Shown: piece by piece, positions 29,561 through 39,865 of the stretch | How positions within the stretch are numbered: the first letter of the stretch is position 1 | Layout: every line of letters begins with the position of its first letter | Sequence record: SRR22947725_670 | Direction: 5' to 3' (one strand) | Length of the DNA: 49,120 bases | Position numbers and translations under genes: made by a program | Notes under the pieces: generated by a model | Told to the model about the DNA's origin: nothing | Databases searched by the model: none | The model's input: the letters and a program-made list of their open reading frames with translations, nothing else

Positions 29561-30424
29561 TTACTCGCTCTCCTCCAGAGAAGCGACGAAGCTCGCGAGG
29601 TCACCGTGAACGGCAGGCTGGAATTCTTTTCCGTTGACAAGAACGGTGGGTGTCCCCTTAATAAGCGCGACTTCACTATCCTTCACCGGAACCGGACCCG
29701 AGCTCATCGCGCGGGCCGTAGCCTGACCGACCCAGTTGGAGAAGGTCTCCTCCTCAATACAGCTAGCCACTGCATCGATGTTTTCCACACCACTAGCGCC
29801 TGCTAGTTCCACCATCTGGGCATCGGTGAGTTCATAACTGGCAGGGGCTTGCGGCTGATTTTCGAACATCAACTGGGTGAAATCGAAGAAGGAATCCGGG
29901 GCTTTGTCCGCCACACAGGCGGCAGCATTTGCTGCCCTCGTAGCAAAGCGCGTTCCTGCGGTTTGGGCGTCACGGAAAGACAGCGGGTGGTAGGCGACCG
30001 TGGCGGTGCCATTTTCCAACCACGTGCGAAGGATCGGGCCGTAATAACCCTCAAACTGCGCACACGCTGGACAGGTGTAGTCAAGAAACACACTGATTGC
30101 GGGAACGCCATCGGCGTTGGGCTCAGAGGGGATAGGGAGCTCATCGGGCAAGAGCGCGGGGGTTTGCACAGCGGCTAGCCCAGCACCAATTTTGATGCCA
30201 TCGCTTTGCATGTTGGCTGGTCCAGGCCCTGGAGGACGCAGTGAGGTCACGATGAGAACAGCCACCACAGTTACTACCCCCAGCACAACAACCGCCCAGC
30301 CCAGCTGGGCCAGAACTTTGTTGCGCTTGGAGCGCTTGTTTTGTGCTTCGCGCATGGAGCGCGCCTTCTCGCGAGCGTCTTGACGTTTCTCGTTCTTGGT
30401 GGGGCGATTATCTGGAGCGTTCAT
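29561..30424 (-). CDS. Membrane-anchored DsbA/thioredoxin-fold protein
   Basis: Basic N-terminus, one TM helix, DYTCPACAQFE (CxxC), GTPTVLVNG. Start trimmed to ATG 30424. Confidence 0.88.
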   Translation of the reverse strand: MNAPDNRPTKNEKRQDAREKARSMREAQNKRSKRNKVLAQLGWAVVVLGVVTVVAVLIVTSLRPPGPGPANMQSDGIKIGAGLAAVQTPALLPDELPIPSEPNADGVPAISVFLDYTCPACAQFEGYYGPILRTWLENGTATVAYHPLSFRDAQTAGTRFATRAANAAACVADKAPDSFFDFTQLMFENQPQAPASYELTDAQMVELAGASGVENIDAVASCIEEETFSNWVGQATARAMSSGPVPVKDSEVALIKGTPTVLVNGKEFQPAVHGDLASFVASLEESE

Positions 30425-30617
30425 GACTGTTTCTTCCTGAGGGACCGTAGGTGCCTCACTATGGTGACAGAGGAAATCTCGGAGCAAGCTTGGAGCGTGC
30501 GCCAACCCGTCATCTTATCCCGGACTGACCCGGGGCTCTACTGGGAAAAACTGGTGCCGACTCGGGCGGTGCTGGCATACTAGGGATAACACCAAGCCAA
30601 TGTGGGCGTGGTGGGTT

Positions 30618-30662
30618 CCATTCACAAAGGATCGTCCGGCACGTACCTGCCGGTGAAGGAGA
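30618..30662 (+). ncRNA. msiK RNA motif (cis-regulatory)
   Basis: TTCAC...CCGGCACGTACCTGCCGGTGAAGG hairpin overlapping the RBS of an msiK-type ATPase; matches the actinobacterial msiK motif from memory. Confidence 0.75.
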
Positions 30663-30667
30663 AAATC

Positions 30668-31771
30668 ATGGCGTCAGTGACGTTTGACAAAGCAAGTCGT
30701 ATCTATCCCGGAACAACCACCCCCGCGGTGGACGCGCTCGACCTGAGGGTCGAAGATGGCGAGTTCCTTGTTCTCGTGGGCCCTTCTGGCTGCGGAAAGT
30801 CCACGTCGTTGCGAATGCTCGCAGGACTCGAAGAAATAGATGATGGTCGCATCCTCATCGGTGACAGGGATGTCACCGATGTCGCGCCGAAAGACCGTGA
30901 CATTGCCATGGTCTTCCAAAACTACGCCCTGTACCCCCACATGACCGTGGCAGAAAACATGGGTTTTGCGCTCAAGATCGCAGGTGTTAGCAAAGAGAAC
31001 CGCGCCACCCGCGTTCAGGACGCAGCCAAGCTGCTGGACCTTGAGCCCTACCTCGACCGCAAGCCCAAAGCTCTCTCTGGTGGGCAACGCCAGCGGGTCG
31101 CCATGGGACGCGCCATCGTTCGCGAGCCTCAGGTGTTCCTCATGGATGAGCCTCTCTCAAACTTGGATGCGAAGCTTCGCGTCCAAACGAGAACCCAAAT
31201 TGCCTCTCTCCAACGTCGCCTGGGTGTCACCACCGTATACGTCACCCACGACCAGACCGAGGCCCTCACCATGGGGGACCGAATCGCCGTACTGAAGGAT
31301 GGTGTCCTGCAGCAGGTGGGAACACCGCGGGATCTCTACGAGTCCCCTACCAATGCGTTTGTTGCAGGATTCATTGGCTCACCGGCCATGAACCTCTTCG
31401 ACGCTGATGTTGTCGACGGCGGCGTCCAATTCGGCACTGCCACCGCCAAGGTGGACCGCAAGACTCTCGATGGCGCCACCGGGTCACAGGTCACCGTGGG
31501 AATCCGCCCCGAGGACCTCACGGTGTCGGCCACCGGCAAAGGAATCCAGGCCACCGTCGATCTCGTGGAAGAACTCGGCGCGGATGGTTACCTTTACGCC
31601 AACACCGAGATTAACGGCGAGTCCATCGAAATGGTCGTCCGCGTGGACGGTCGCAACCACCCTGTTGCCGGCGACAAGATTGCGCTGCTCCCCATGGAGC
31701 ATCACATGCACGTGTTCGACGCCGCCACCGGCGCTCGCCTCACTAAAGAGGCCATCTCTTCAGGCTCTTAG
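30668..31771 (+). CDS. msiK: Multiple-sugar ABC transporter ATP-binding protein (MsiK/UgpC)
   Basis: GPSGCGKS, VFQNYALYPHM, LSGGQRQR, MDEPLSNLD, FIGSP, C-terminal TOBE domain. Confidence 0.9.
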   Translation: MASVTFDKASRIYPGTTTPAVDALDLRVEDGEFLVLVGPSGCGKSTSLRMLAGLEEIDDGRILIGDRDVTDVAPKDRDIAMVFQNYALYPHMTVAENMGFALKIAGVSKENRATRVQDAAKLLDLEPYLDRKPKALSGGQRQRVAMGRAIVREPQVFLMDEPLSNLDAKLRVQTRTQIASLQRRLGVTTVYVTHDQTEALTMGDRIAVLKDGVLQQVGTPRDLYESPTNAFVAGFIGSPAMNLFDADVVDGGVQFGTATAKVDRKTLDGATGSQVTVGIRPEDLTVSATGKGIQATVDLVEELGADGYLYANTEINGESIEMVVRVDGRNHPVAGDKIALLPMEHHMHVFDAATGARLTKEAISSGS

Positions 31772-31775
31772 TCGT

Positions 31776-31820
31776 CATGCGGGTGGGGCTGCAACGAGAA
31801 TCTGCAGCCCCACCCGCATG
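31776..31820. terminator. Perfect 18-bp inverted repeat (terminator or stabilising hairpin)
   Basis: CATGCGGGTGGGGCTGCA-9 nt-TGCAGCCCCACCCGCATG just after the msiK stop; no U-tract. Confidence 0.65.
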
Positions 31821-31835
31821 GTTAAGGAATAGTCG

Positions 31836-33116
31836 ATGAGCGCCTCGCTCTCCATCACTGCATCGATGGGCAGTGCTGAGCTTTTGGAGCTACCGTGGGA
31901 TCTTCCGTTGGAGAAATGGCCCAAGGCTGCGGTGGCAGCGCTTCCCAAGGGAATCTCCCGCCACATTGTTCGGTTTGTCCACTTAGGCCCCCACATCGTC
32001 GCTATCAAAGAAACGACCCAGGCGCTGGCGGTCCGAGAATATGACATGCTGCGAAAACTCGACCGCCTCGATGTTCCCTGCGTGGAACCCGTGGCCATTG
32101 TGTCCGGGAGAACCGACCACACCGGTGACCCTCTTCCCACCGCGCTGGTGACCAGACACCTGAGGTTTTCCCTCCCCTATCGCGCGCTCTATTCCCAAAG
32201 TCTTCGCCCCGATACGGCCAGAAGGCTTGCTGACGCCTTAGCGGCGCTTTTGGTGCGTCTCCACATCGTGGGGTTCTTCTGGGGCGACGTCTCCCTGTCC
32301 AACACCCTGTTTCGCCGGGACGCGGGCGCTTTTGCTGCCTACCTGGTGGATGCCGAGACGGGTGAATTGATGCCCGGATCGCTCTCGGATGGTCAGCGCG
32401 AAAACGATCTGGAAATCGCTCGTGTCAATGTGGCCGGGGAGCTACTCGACCTGCAGGCAGGTGGCCGGCTCGATGGGGAGATTGATCCACTGGAAATTTC
32501 GGAATCCATCCTGCTGTCGTATCGCGCCCTGTGGGATGAATTGACCGGCTGGGAAAGCTTTGACCAGTCCGAGCGCTGGCGGATCGCACAAAGGGTTCAG
32601 CGACTCAATGACTTGGGTTTCGATATTGAGAACCTCAGCATTTCCAGCGACGAATCAGGTTCCAAGCTCACCATTCAGCCCAAGGTGGTGGATGCGGGTC
32701 ACCACACCAGGCGGCTTCTTCGTTTGACAGGAATTGACGCCGGTGAAAACCAGGCCAGGCGCTTATTGAACGACCTCGATGCTTTTCGAGCGTTTCACTA
32801 CCCCCAGGAAGAGGTGGATGAAGAAGTCGTCGCCCACGAGTGGCTCTCCCAGGTCTATGACAAAGTCATGAAGGCAATCCCCAAAGAGTTCCGTGGGAAA
32901 CTTGAACCCGCGGAAATATTTCATCAGTGGCTCGAGCACCGAGGTATGAAGTCACGGGAAGAAGACCGAGACGTGGGGTTCAAGGAAAGTGTTGCCTCCT
33001 ATATGGAAAACGTGCTCGCCCACAGAAGGGATGAGGCCATGGTGACGGGTCCCCCGACCGAAGCCTTCACGTTGCCTAACCCCACCATTGATGCCAACTG
33101 GCGGGATCGAATCTAG
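31836..33116 (+). CDS. DUF4032 domain protein (LPS kinase-like fold)
   Basis: LPWDLPL, GISRHIVRF, GFFWGDVSLSNTLFRRDAG, YLVDAETG; usual neighbour of msiK in Actinobacteria. Confidence 0.85.
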   Translation: MSASLSITASMGSAELLELPWDLPLEKWPKAAVAALPKGISRHIVRFVHLGPHIVAIKETTQALAVREYDMLRKLDRLDVPCVEPVAIVSGRTDHTGDPLPTALVTRHLRFSLPYRALYSQSLRPDTARRLADALAALLVRLHIVGFFWGDVSLSNTLFRRDAGAFAAYLVDAETGELMPGSLSDGQRENDLEIARVNVAGELLDLQAGGRLDGEIDPLEISESILLSYRALWDELTGWESFDQSERWRIAQRVQRLNDLGFDIENLSISSDESGSKLTIQPKVVDAGHHTRRLLRLTGIDAGENQARRLLNDLDAFRAFHYPQEEVDEEVVAHEWLSQVYDKVMKAIPKEFRGKLEPAEIFHQWLEHRGMKSREEDRDVGFKESVASYMENVLAHRRDEAMVTGPPTEAFTLPNPTIDANWRDRI

Positions 33117-34099
33117 GCTTTGCGCCCCAGGAACCTGGCTCTGGCCACCTCATAGAGCACCACGCTCGCAGCGATTCCCGCGTTCAGCGACTCCGTCTTG
33201 GCAGAAATGGGGATGCCCAAGATCTGATCACAGGTCTCCGTGACGAGGCGAGACAATCCTTTTCCTTCGCTACCCACAACAATCACTAACGGGACTGCGG
33301 CAATATCGGCGTTGGGGACAAAATCAGTTGCTCCACCATCGAGGCCCACCACAAAAAACCCGCGGTCTTTCAAAGCCTTCAGGATTTGTGTCATATTGGC
33401 AGCCATCGCCACAGGGGTCCTGGCGATAGCACCGGCGGAGGTTTTCCAGGACGTAGCATTGACTCCTGCGGAACGGCGCTGGGGAACAATCACACCGGCG
33501 CCGCCAAAAGCTGCCACAGAGCGAACAATCGCACCAAGGTTCCTGGGATCCATCACACCATCAAGGGCGACGATAATCGGGGCTGCGGTGCGTTTGAGGG
33601 CAGCATCTGCCATCTCGATGGGGTGGGGATAGTCATAGGCCGGGATGGTGAGAGCAATTCCCTGGTGGACCGTGTCTGGTCCTGTGACGCGATCAAGCTC
33701 AGGCCGTGGCACCTCGAGCAGTGGGACACCGTGCCGGTTCGCGAGCGTGAGAGACTCTCGCACCCGGTCATCCATTTCGATGCGGGTGGCGAGGGTCAGC
33801 GAGAGTGCCGGGATTCGGGCGCGAAGAGCTTCGAGAACAGCGTTGCGACCCGTGACCATTTCGGCATCTTTACCGAGTGCTCGGGCGGTGCGCTTGGGTG
33901 CGCCGGTGCCACCCTTGCGCGCTCTGGCAACGTCGAGTCGCTCTTTGGCAGCCTTGCGTTTCCCTGCGGGGTGCCACCCACGATCTTCGGCTTTAGGCGT
34001 GGGGCCTCTGCCTTCGAGGGCCTTTCGACCGTGCCCGCCGGTCCCCACCGTTGCCGGTTTTTTGGCTTTTCTTGGGGTGGGGTGTCCTTTTTTAGCCAC
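33113..34099 (-). CDS. rlmB: 23S rRNA (G2251-2'-O)-methyltransferase
   Basis: GRNAVLEAL, HQGI, DPRNLGAIVRS, GSEGKG, ESLNAGIA; GTG start overlapping the cysS end. Confidence 0.93.
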   Translation of the reverse strand: MAKKGHPTPRKAKKPATVGTGGHGRKALEGRGPTPKAEDRGWHPAGKRKAAKERLDVARARKGGTGAPKRTARALGKDAEMVTGRNAVLEALRARIPALSLTLATRIEMDDRVRESLTLANRHGVPLLEVPRPELDRVTGPDTVHQGIALTIPAYDYPHPIEMADAALKRTAAPIIVALDGVMDPRNLGAIVRSVAAFGGAGVIVPQRRSAGVNATSWKTSAGAIARTPVAMAANMTQILKALKDRGFFVVGLDGGATDFVPNADIAAVPLVIVVGSEGKGLSRLVTETCDQILGIPISAKTESLNAGIAASVVLYEVARARFLGRKA

Positions 34100-35498
34100 G
34101 AATACTCCAGGTGCTGGTTGTTGGTTCGTCGTGAACGTCGATCCCTGATCGGTCGAGCGCCGCTCGCAAAGCATCAGAAAGGGCGAAGTCCTTCTCTGAC
34201 TTTGCTTTCCCCCTCAGTGCGAGAACATTTTCTACCAGTGCTTCCAGCGCATCGTCTGAGCCCGGGTCCTTGCCCCACTGGGAGCCGAGGGGGTCTAGCC
34301 CCAGCACAGCGAGCATCGCTCGCACCTGTTGAGCGGCTGTTGCAAAAGCATCGGAAGCACTTTCGTCAGCGGCGTGATTCCCCTGTCTCACCGTGTCGTG
34401 AAGAACAGCCAGCGCCGCGGGTATGCCAAGGTCATCGTCCATGGCCTGGGCAAAAGCCTCCGGGATCTCGCCGCCAGACGTCGTGATTCCGTGGGTTTCA
34501 GCCCGGGCGAGGAAAGATTCAATACGGCCAAAAGCTGTGCCAGCTTCCGCAAGAAACCCTTCGTGAAGATCAAGCTCTGATCGATAATGCGCACTCGCGA
34601 GGGCATACCGAATAACCAGCGGTCGCGCTTCGCCGAGCATCTCTGCTGCCAAGACACCATTGCCGAGGGATTTAGACATCTTGTTGCCCTGGACCGTCAC
34701 GAGTGCGTTATGAAGCCAATGGTTCGCGTATCCATGACCGGCAGCGCGCGCCTGGGCAAGTTCGTTTTCGTGGTGGGGGAACCGAAGATCCATACCGCCA
34801 CCATGAATATCAAAACTGCTTCCCAAATATCTGGTGGCCATGGCCGTGCACTCAAGGTGCCAGCCCGGGCGACCAGCGCCCCAGGGGGCAGACCACGAAG
34901 CCGTGTCTGGTTCGCTTGCCTTATGCCCTTTCCAGAGCGCAAAGTCCTCCGGATTGCGTTTAGCACCCGCTTCCATCGAGCCGTGGCCTGAGCCGCTGCG
35001 TAAATCCTCGACCTTCTGGTGGGTCAATTCGCCATAGTCGCTCCACTGGGAGACATCAAAGTAGACGTCGCCTGAGCCATCTTCGGCTGAATAGGCATGA
35101 CCCGAAGACATCAATGTGGAAATAAGTTCCAGCATGCTGGGGATGTCACCCGTGGCTCGCGGTTGCTTTGTGGGCCGTGAAATCCCCAACGCATCGGCGG
35201 CATCCTGGAACTCCGCCTCGACGCGTTCGGCAAGCGCCCACCACTGCTCAGCTGAACCACTCGATGCTTCCAAAATCTTGTCGTCGATATCAGTGACGTT
35301 GCGCACAACCGTGACCTGAAACCCGCGATATTCCAACCACCTCGCCCACAGGTCATAGACGAGGGCGCTTCGCAAGTGCCCAACATGGGGCGAAGACTGA
35401 ACGGTTGGCCCACAGACATAGAGCGAAACGTGTCCAGGAACTAAGGGAGTGAACTCAACGAGTTCATGGGCCTGGGAATCGAACAGTTTGACGGGCAC
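34092..35498 (-). CDS. cysS: Cysteine--tRNA ligase
   Basis: YVCGPTV, HVGH, GRPGWHLEC, FPHHENE, KMSKS. Confidence 0.97.
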   Translation of the reverse strand: MPVKLFDSQAHELVEFTPLVPGHVSLYVCGPTVQSSPHVGHLRSALVYDLWARWLEYRGFQVTVVRNVTDIDDKILEASSGSAEQWWALAERVEAEFQDAADALGISRPTKQPRATGDIPSMLELISTLMSSGHAYSAEDGSGDVYFDVSQWSDYGELTHQKVEDLRSGSGHGSMEAGAKRNPEDFALWKGHKASEPDTASWSAPWGAGRPGWHLECTAMATRYLGSSFDIHGGGMDLRFPHHENELAQARAAGHGYANHWLHNALVTVQGNKMSKSLGNGVLAAEMLGEARPLVIRYALASAHYRSELDLHEGFLAEAGTAFGRIESFLARAETHGITTSGGEIPEAFAQAMDDDLGIPAALAVLHDTVRQGNHAADESASDAFATAAQQVRAMLAVLGLDPLGSQWGKDPGSDDALEALVENVLALRGKAKSEKDFALSDALRAALDRSGIDVHDEPTTSTWSIRG

Positions 35499-35546
35499 TG
35501 CCCCATGGTAGCGAGGATAGAGGGTCCTAAGGCAGTGCCAGACCGA

Positions 35547-36698
35547 CTAGTGATCGGTGGCTCTGCGAAGTACCACGTTTGCCACGGCAGCGATTCCTTC
35601 GCCGCGACCGGTGAATCCCAGCCCATCCGTGGTGGTCGCAGACAGTGACACGGGCGCGCCCACCAGTGTGGTCAAGTGTTGTTCCGCTTCGAGGCGACGA
35701 GAGGCGAGTTTGGGTGAATTGCCCACAACCTGGACTCCCACCGAAGAAATAACCAATCCGGCTTCCAGCAGAAGCCCCCGCGTGTGTTCTACAAAAACGG
35801 AGCTGGGGGCCCCCGCAAATTCCGCGCGATCACTGCCGAAATGGTGACCCAAATCCCCCAGCGACGCGGCTTGGAGAACAGCATCGACAATGGCGTGGAT
35901 GACGACATCTCCGTCACTGTGCCCCGAGAGTCCTTTTTCCCCCGGCCACACCAGTCCCGCGAGATACAGGGGGCTTTCGTGATCGAAAGCGTGCACATCC
36001 ATTGCGAACCCGACCAGAGGGGTGTGACTGTGGCCAAGAAGGCTCGCAGCGCGCTCCAGATCCTGCGGGTAGGTGATTTTGAACCCTGCGCTTTCGCCCT
36101 CCACCGAATCCACGCTGTGTCCGGCAGAGCGCATCACTTCAGCGTCATCGGTGAACTCACCGGTCACTGATTCGTAGGCCGCCAACAAGAGTCCTGCGTC
36201 AAAACCCTGCGGAGTCTGAACCCCCACCAGAGCGTCCCGATCGACGCCGCCTTCGGTTGCTCCGGTTGTGCTGTCCCTGGTCACCAGGGTGTCGACCACG
36301 GGAACCACGGGAATCACAGCTGCAGATCCAGCCTCGAGAGCGCTATGGACCCGATCAAATACTGAGGGGGTCATCAATGGTCGTGCAGCATCGTGAATCA
36401 ACACTCGGGTGGCGCCCTCTGGTAGGGCCTGCAGACCTTGGCGAACAGAGGCCGTCCTGGTGTCTCCCCCCACCACCACCGTGACGGGAAGGACCAGGCC
36501 CTGTGCCAGCGCTCGTGCCGGTTCGACCCATCCTTCAGGGACAACGACCACCACCGAATGGGAGATGTGCCAGCTCGCTGCCTGCTCTAGGGCGTGCCGC
36601 AAGAGCGGTTTACCGGCAAGCCCAACAAAAGCTTTGGGAAAGGAAGAGCCCAGCCGCTGTCCGCTGCCAGCGGCAACAATGACGAGTGCCGTATTCAA
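35547..36698 (-). CDS. ispDF: Bifunctional IspD/IspF (MEP pathway)
   Basis: AAGSGQRLG, IHDAARP, QTPQGF, KIT, then DVHAF, GHSDGDV, TTTDGLGFTGRGEGIA. Confidence 0.93.
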   Translation of the reverse strand: MNTALVIVAAGSGQRLGSSFPKAFVGLAGKPLLRHALEQAASWHISHSVVVVVPEGWVEPARALAQGLVLPVTVVVGGDTRTASVRQGLQALPEGATRVLIHDAARPLMTPSVFDRVHSALEAGSAAVIPVVPVVDTLVTRDSTTGATEGGVDRDALVGVQTPQGFDAGLLLAAYESVTGEFTDDAEVMRSAGHSVDSVEGESAGFKITYPQDLERAASLLGHSHTPLVGFAMDVHAFDHESPLYLAGLVWPGEKGLSGHSDGDVVIHAIVDAVLQAASLGDLGHHFGSDRAEFAGAPSSVFVEHTRGLLLEAGLVISSVGVQVVGNSPKLASRRLEAEQHLTTLVGAPVSLSATTTDGLGFTGRGEGIAAVANVVLRRATDH

Positions 36699-36717
36699 CG
36701 CTCTCGCCCACTAAGCC

Positions 36718-37200
36718 TTAGGAGGCGAGGACTTCGTCGAGAGCGTCGGAGGCTTTTTCCTCATCCGTCTTCTTCGCCAACGCCAGCTCAGAAATCAGGA
36801 TCTGACGGGCTTTGGCGAGCATTCGCTTTTCGCCCGCACTCAAACCGCGGTCCTGATCCCTGCGCCACAGGTCACGGACAACCTCAGAAACCTTGATGAC
36901 ATCACCCGAAGCAAGCTTTTCGAGGTTTGCCTTGTATCGACGCGACCAGTTGGTGGGCTCTTCCGTGAAAGGGGCGCGAAGAACTTCGAAAACCTTGTCC
37001 AAACCTTCTTGCCCAATAACATCGCGAACACCCACAAGATCAACGTTTTCCGCAGGGACTTCGATCGTCAGATCTCCCTGCTTCACATTGAGCTTGAGGT
37101 ACATTTTCTTCTCACCGCGGACGGTGCGGTTCTTTACTTCGGTAATGGTCGCCGCGCCATGATGGGGGTAAACCACTGTCTCGCCAACTTCAAAAAGCAT
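36718..37200 (-). CDS. carD: CarD family transcription factor
   Basis: [26 protein letters not shown]; upstream of ispDF. Confidence 0.96.
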   Translation of the reverse strand: MLFEVGETVVYPHHGAATITEVKNRTVRGEKKMYLKLNVKQGDLTIEVPAENVDLVGVRDVIGQEGLDKVFEVLRAPFTEEPTNWSRRYKANLEKLASGDVIKVSEVVRDLWRRDQDRGLSAGEKRMLAKARQILISELALAKKTDEEKASDALDEVLAS

Positions 37201-37379
37201 TCGCTGTGTCCTTTCGCAACTTTCTATTTTACCACAGCCCTACCCCCTATTTTCCGGGCCAAAAAGCCCCCGCAGCGGCGGCTCGGGCGAGAGCGAGAAA
37301 GGTAATCCCTAGTAAGCTGAGAACCACTGTCACACCGTGACTATGGCGCCTAATCGATCAGCCCCCGGAGGAATATCCC

Positions 37380-37850
37380 GTGCGACGCGGTTTTTTTGCC
37401 CCCCTGGTTCTTGCCTCGGCGTTGATATTGGGAGTCACAGGATGCACCTTCACGGCGGAAATTGCGACCCAAAAGGATTACGACCCCTCTGACGGTGTCG
37501 GAGCCACCATGGGCGACATCGCAATCAGAAACGTCCTCCTGGTCACCAACGATGAGGGTGAAGCAAACCTGGTGATGAGTGTGGTGAACACCAGCGGAGC
37601 GGATGTTTCCTTGCTGGTTCAATACGACTCTGGCTCAGAGCGAGTCGACTCATTGCTTGACATTTCATCGCTGCCCGCTCTCACCAGGTTCGGGGATGAC
37701 CCCGCAGCAGGAATCATCATCGAAGACGACGAGGTCTTAGCAGGCTCACTATTCCCGGTGTATTTCCAGTACGCCGATGTTCCTGGCGAACTATTATTTG
37801 TGCCCGTGCTCGATGGCACCATGGCGGAATACGAACTACTCGTTCCCTAA
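37380..37850 (+). CDS. Conserved actinobacterial lipoprotein
   Basis: Lipobox VTGC, YDPSDG, VPVLDGT..EY; GGAGG RBS; divergent from carD. Confidence 0.8.
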   Translation: MRRGFFAPLVLASALILGVTGCTFTAEIATQKDYDPSDGVGATMGDIAIRNVLLVTNDEGEANLVMSVVNTSGADVSLLVQYDSGSERVDSLLDISSLPALTRFGDDPAAGIIIEDDEVLAGSLFPVYFQYADVPGELLFVPVLDGTMAEYELLVP

Positions 37851-38527
37851 GCTTCGAATCGGTACCCCAAACCCCGCACCGTTACAATCAGCGTGGGGTC
37901 CGAGGGCGATAGTTCTACTTTTGATCGCAATCGCTTGATGTGGACGTCCAGCGTTTTGGTATCACCAAAGTAGTCAGAGCCCCACACCCGGTCGATAATT
38001 TGGCCCCGCGTCAAGACGCGGCCAGCATTGGACATCAGTAACTCCAGCAGCTCAAACTCCTTGAGGGGAAGCGAGACCGCTTCGCCTCGAACGAAGAGTT
38101 GGTGGCGGTCGGTGTCGAGGGAGATCCCGTGATACTCCAGCACGCCACCTTCGGGCTCAGGTTCTTGGGCTCGCCTGCGGAGCACTGCTTTGATACGCGC
38201 CAGAAGCTCGCGAGAGGAATATGGCTTGGTCACGTAGTCATCTGCCCCCAGCTCCAAACCCACGACAATGTCCACTTCGGCGTCTTTCGCGCTCAACATG
38301 ATGATCGGAAGGGAAGAGGTGAGCCTCACCTGGCGGCAGACCTCCGTTCCCGAAAGCCCCGGCAACATCAAATCCAGCAACATGAGATCCGGTGGGTCTT
38401 CGGTGAAGGCTGCCACGGCGGAAAGACCGTTGTCCACCACCGCAACGTCGTAGCCCTCTCGGCGCAACAAATAGGCCAGGGGTTCACTGAGAGACTTTTC
38501 GTCCTCGACAACCAGGATTGACGTCAC
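37847..38527 (-). CDS. regX3: Response regulator RegX3 (OmpR/PhoB family)
   Basis: LVVEDE, LDLMLPG, GADDYVTKP, WGSDYFGDTKTLDVHIKRLR. Confidence 0.9.
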   Translation of the reverse strand: MTSILVVEDEKSLSEPLAYLLRREGYDVAVVDNGLSAVAAFTEDPPDLMLLDLMLPGLSGTEVCRQVRLTSSLPIIMLSAKDAEVDIVVGLELGADDYVTKPYSSRELLARIKAVLRRRAQEPEPEGGVLEYHGISLDTDRHQLFVRGEAVSLPLKEFELLELLMSNAGRVLTRGQIIDRVWGSDYFGDTKTLDVHIKRLRSKVELSPSDPTLIVTVRGLGYRFEA

Positions 38528-39795
38528 GGCCTTCTGCCCTCTCCCGGTGCGGGGCTTTCCTCCACACTCACCACAGGAATTTCATCAGTGGCGAGGTATT
38601 CGGCCGGCCGAGGAATGACCTTCTTGCCCACGGGTGCTGGCAGAACCTCCCCTTCATCGCCTAACTCAGAGCCCACGGGGGCCTGGCGCAAACGGATGGT
38701 GAAGGTGGAGCCTTTACCCCATTGAGACCACACCCGAACTTCCCCCTGGTGGTTATTGATGACGTGTTTGACGATGGCAAGACCCAATCCAGTTCCTCCC
38801 GTGTCGCGCGATCGAGCGGGGTCACTGCGATAAAAACGCTCAAAAATCCTTTCGAGGTCCCCTTCGGCAATCCCTTGGCCTTGATCGGTGACAGAGACTT
38901 CGATCACCCCGCCTTTAATGCTGGTTCCCACCCCCACCCGGGACTGGGATGGGGAATACATAATTGCGTTGCGCACCAGATTATGCAGCGCACTCGTCAG
39001 GGAGCCAGGATCTCCCATGACCAAACCACCGCTTGTCGCCGACATGGCCACGGTGATGCCAGATTTCTTCGCCAGGACCGAATTGGTAGCAATGGCTTGT
39101 TCGACCACTCGATCGATTGAGACTACCTCGGGGTCTTGAATCGTGCCCAGGGATTGCAGTTTTGTCAACTCAATGATGTCGCTGGTCATTTCCGCGAGGC
39201 GGTGACCCTCTTTTTCCAGTGTCGCGGCAAAGGCCCGCACCTGATCGGGATCATCCGCGGAGTACTGGAGGGCTTCGGCGAGCAGCGAGACAGCGCCAAT
39301 GGGGGTTTTGAGTTCGTGTGAAATGTTCGCGACAAAGTCACGTCGAACAGAGTCCAGAAGGTACATTTCTGACCGATCATCGGCCACCACCAACATCAAA
39401 CGAAGTCCCAGTGGCGCGACCCTCACCAGAAGGTGCACCGGCGGTGCCGATGAGGTTTCTCCGGGCAGCTCAAACTCTTCAGAGAGAGGAATACCCTCTT
39501 CGCGGGATTCCCGCACTAAGTCGAGGATCGGTTGGTAGACCACGTCGCGGTCAGTGACAAGGCCCAAAGAGATAGCCGACTTAGCCGCCCGGAGCACGCG
39601 GTTGTCTGCATCTAAGACCACCCCGGTCGCACCGATCACTTCCAGCGCCGTGTCCACGCCGTGGGGCACCGGCTGTTCCAGGACGGTTTCACCCCGACGG
39701 CTCCAGCCCACTGCGGCCCAGACCAGCGCGGCCAAAAGAAGACCGATGGCAACGCCCAGTCCCACACTCCAGCCCGATGACCAGACCCATTCCAT
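38524..39795 (-). CDS. senX3: Sensor histidine kinase SenX3
   Basis: RRDFVANISHELKTP, NLVRNA, DQGQGI, GGTGLGLAI; divergent from phoU. Confidence 0.9.
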   Translation of the reverse strand: MEWVWSSGWSVGLGVAIGLLLAALVWAAVGWSRRGETVLEQPVPHGVDTALEVIGATGVVLDADNRVLRAAKSAISLGLVTDRDVVYQPILDLVRESREEGIPLSEEFELPGETSSAPPVHLLVRVAPLGLRLMLVVADDRSEMYLLDSVRRDFVANISHELKTPIGAVSLLAEALQYSADDPDQVRAFAATLEKEGHRLAEMTSDIIELTKLQSLGTIQDPEVVSIDRVVEQAIATNSVLAKKSGITVAMSATSGGLVMGDPGSLTSALHNLVRNAIMYSPSQSRVGVGTSIKGGVIEVSVTDQGQGIAEGDLERIFERFYRSDPARSRDTGGTGLGLAIVKHVINNHQGEVRVWSQWGKGSTFTIRLRQAPVGSELGDEGEVLPAPVGKKVIPRPAEYLATDEIPVVSVEESPAPGEGRRP

Positions 39796-39865
39796 GGCTC
39801 AAGCCTAGGGTGTTGCCACCGGCCGTTTGCGAGCTTTAGGCGCTAAACTAGGCTTCAAGCGGAGA

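Noticed and set aside
33386-34486. 366-aa plus-strand ORF
   Set aside because: Antisense to rlmB and cysS, with no recognisable motifs.
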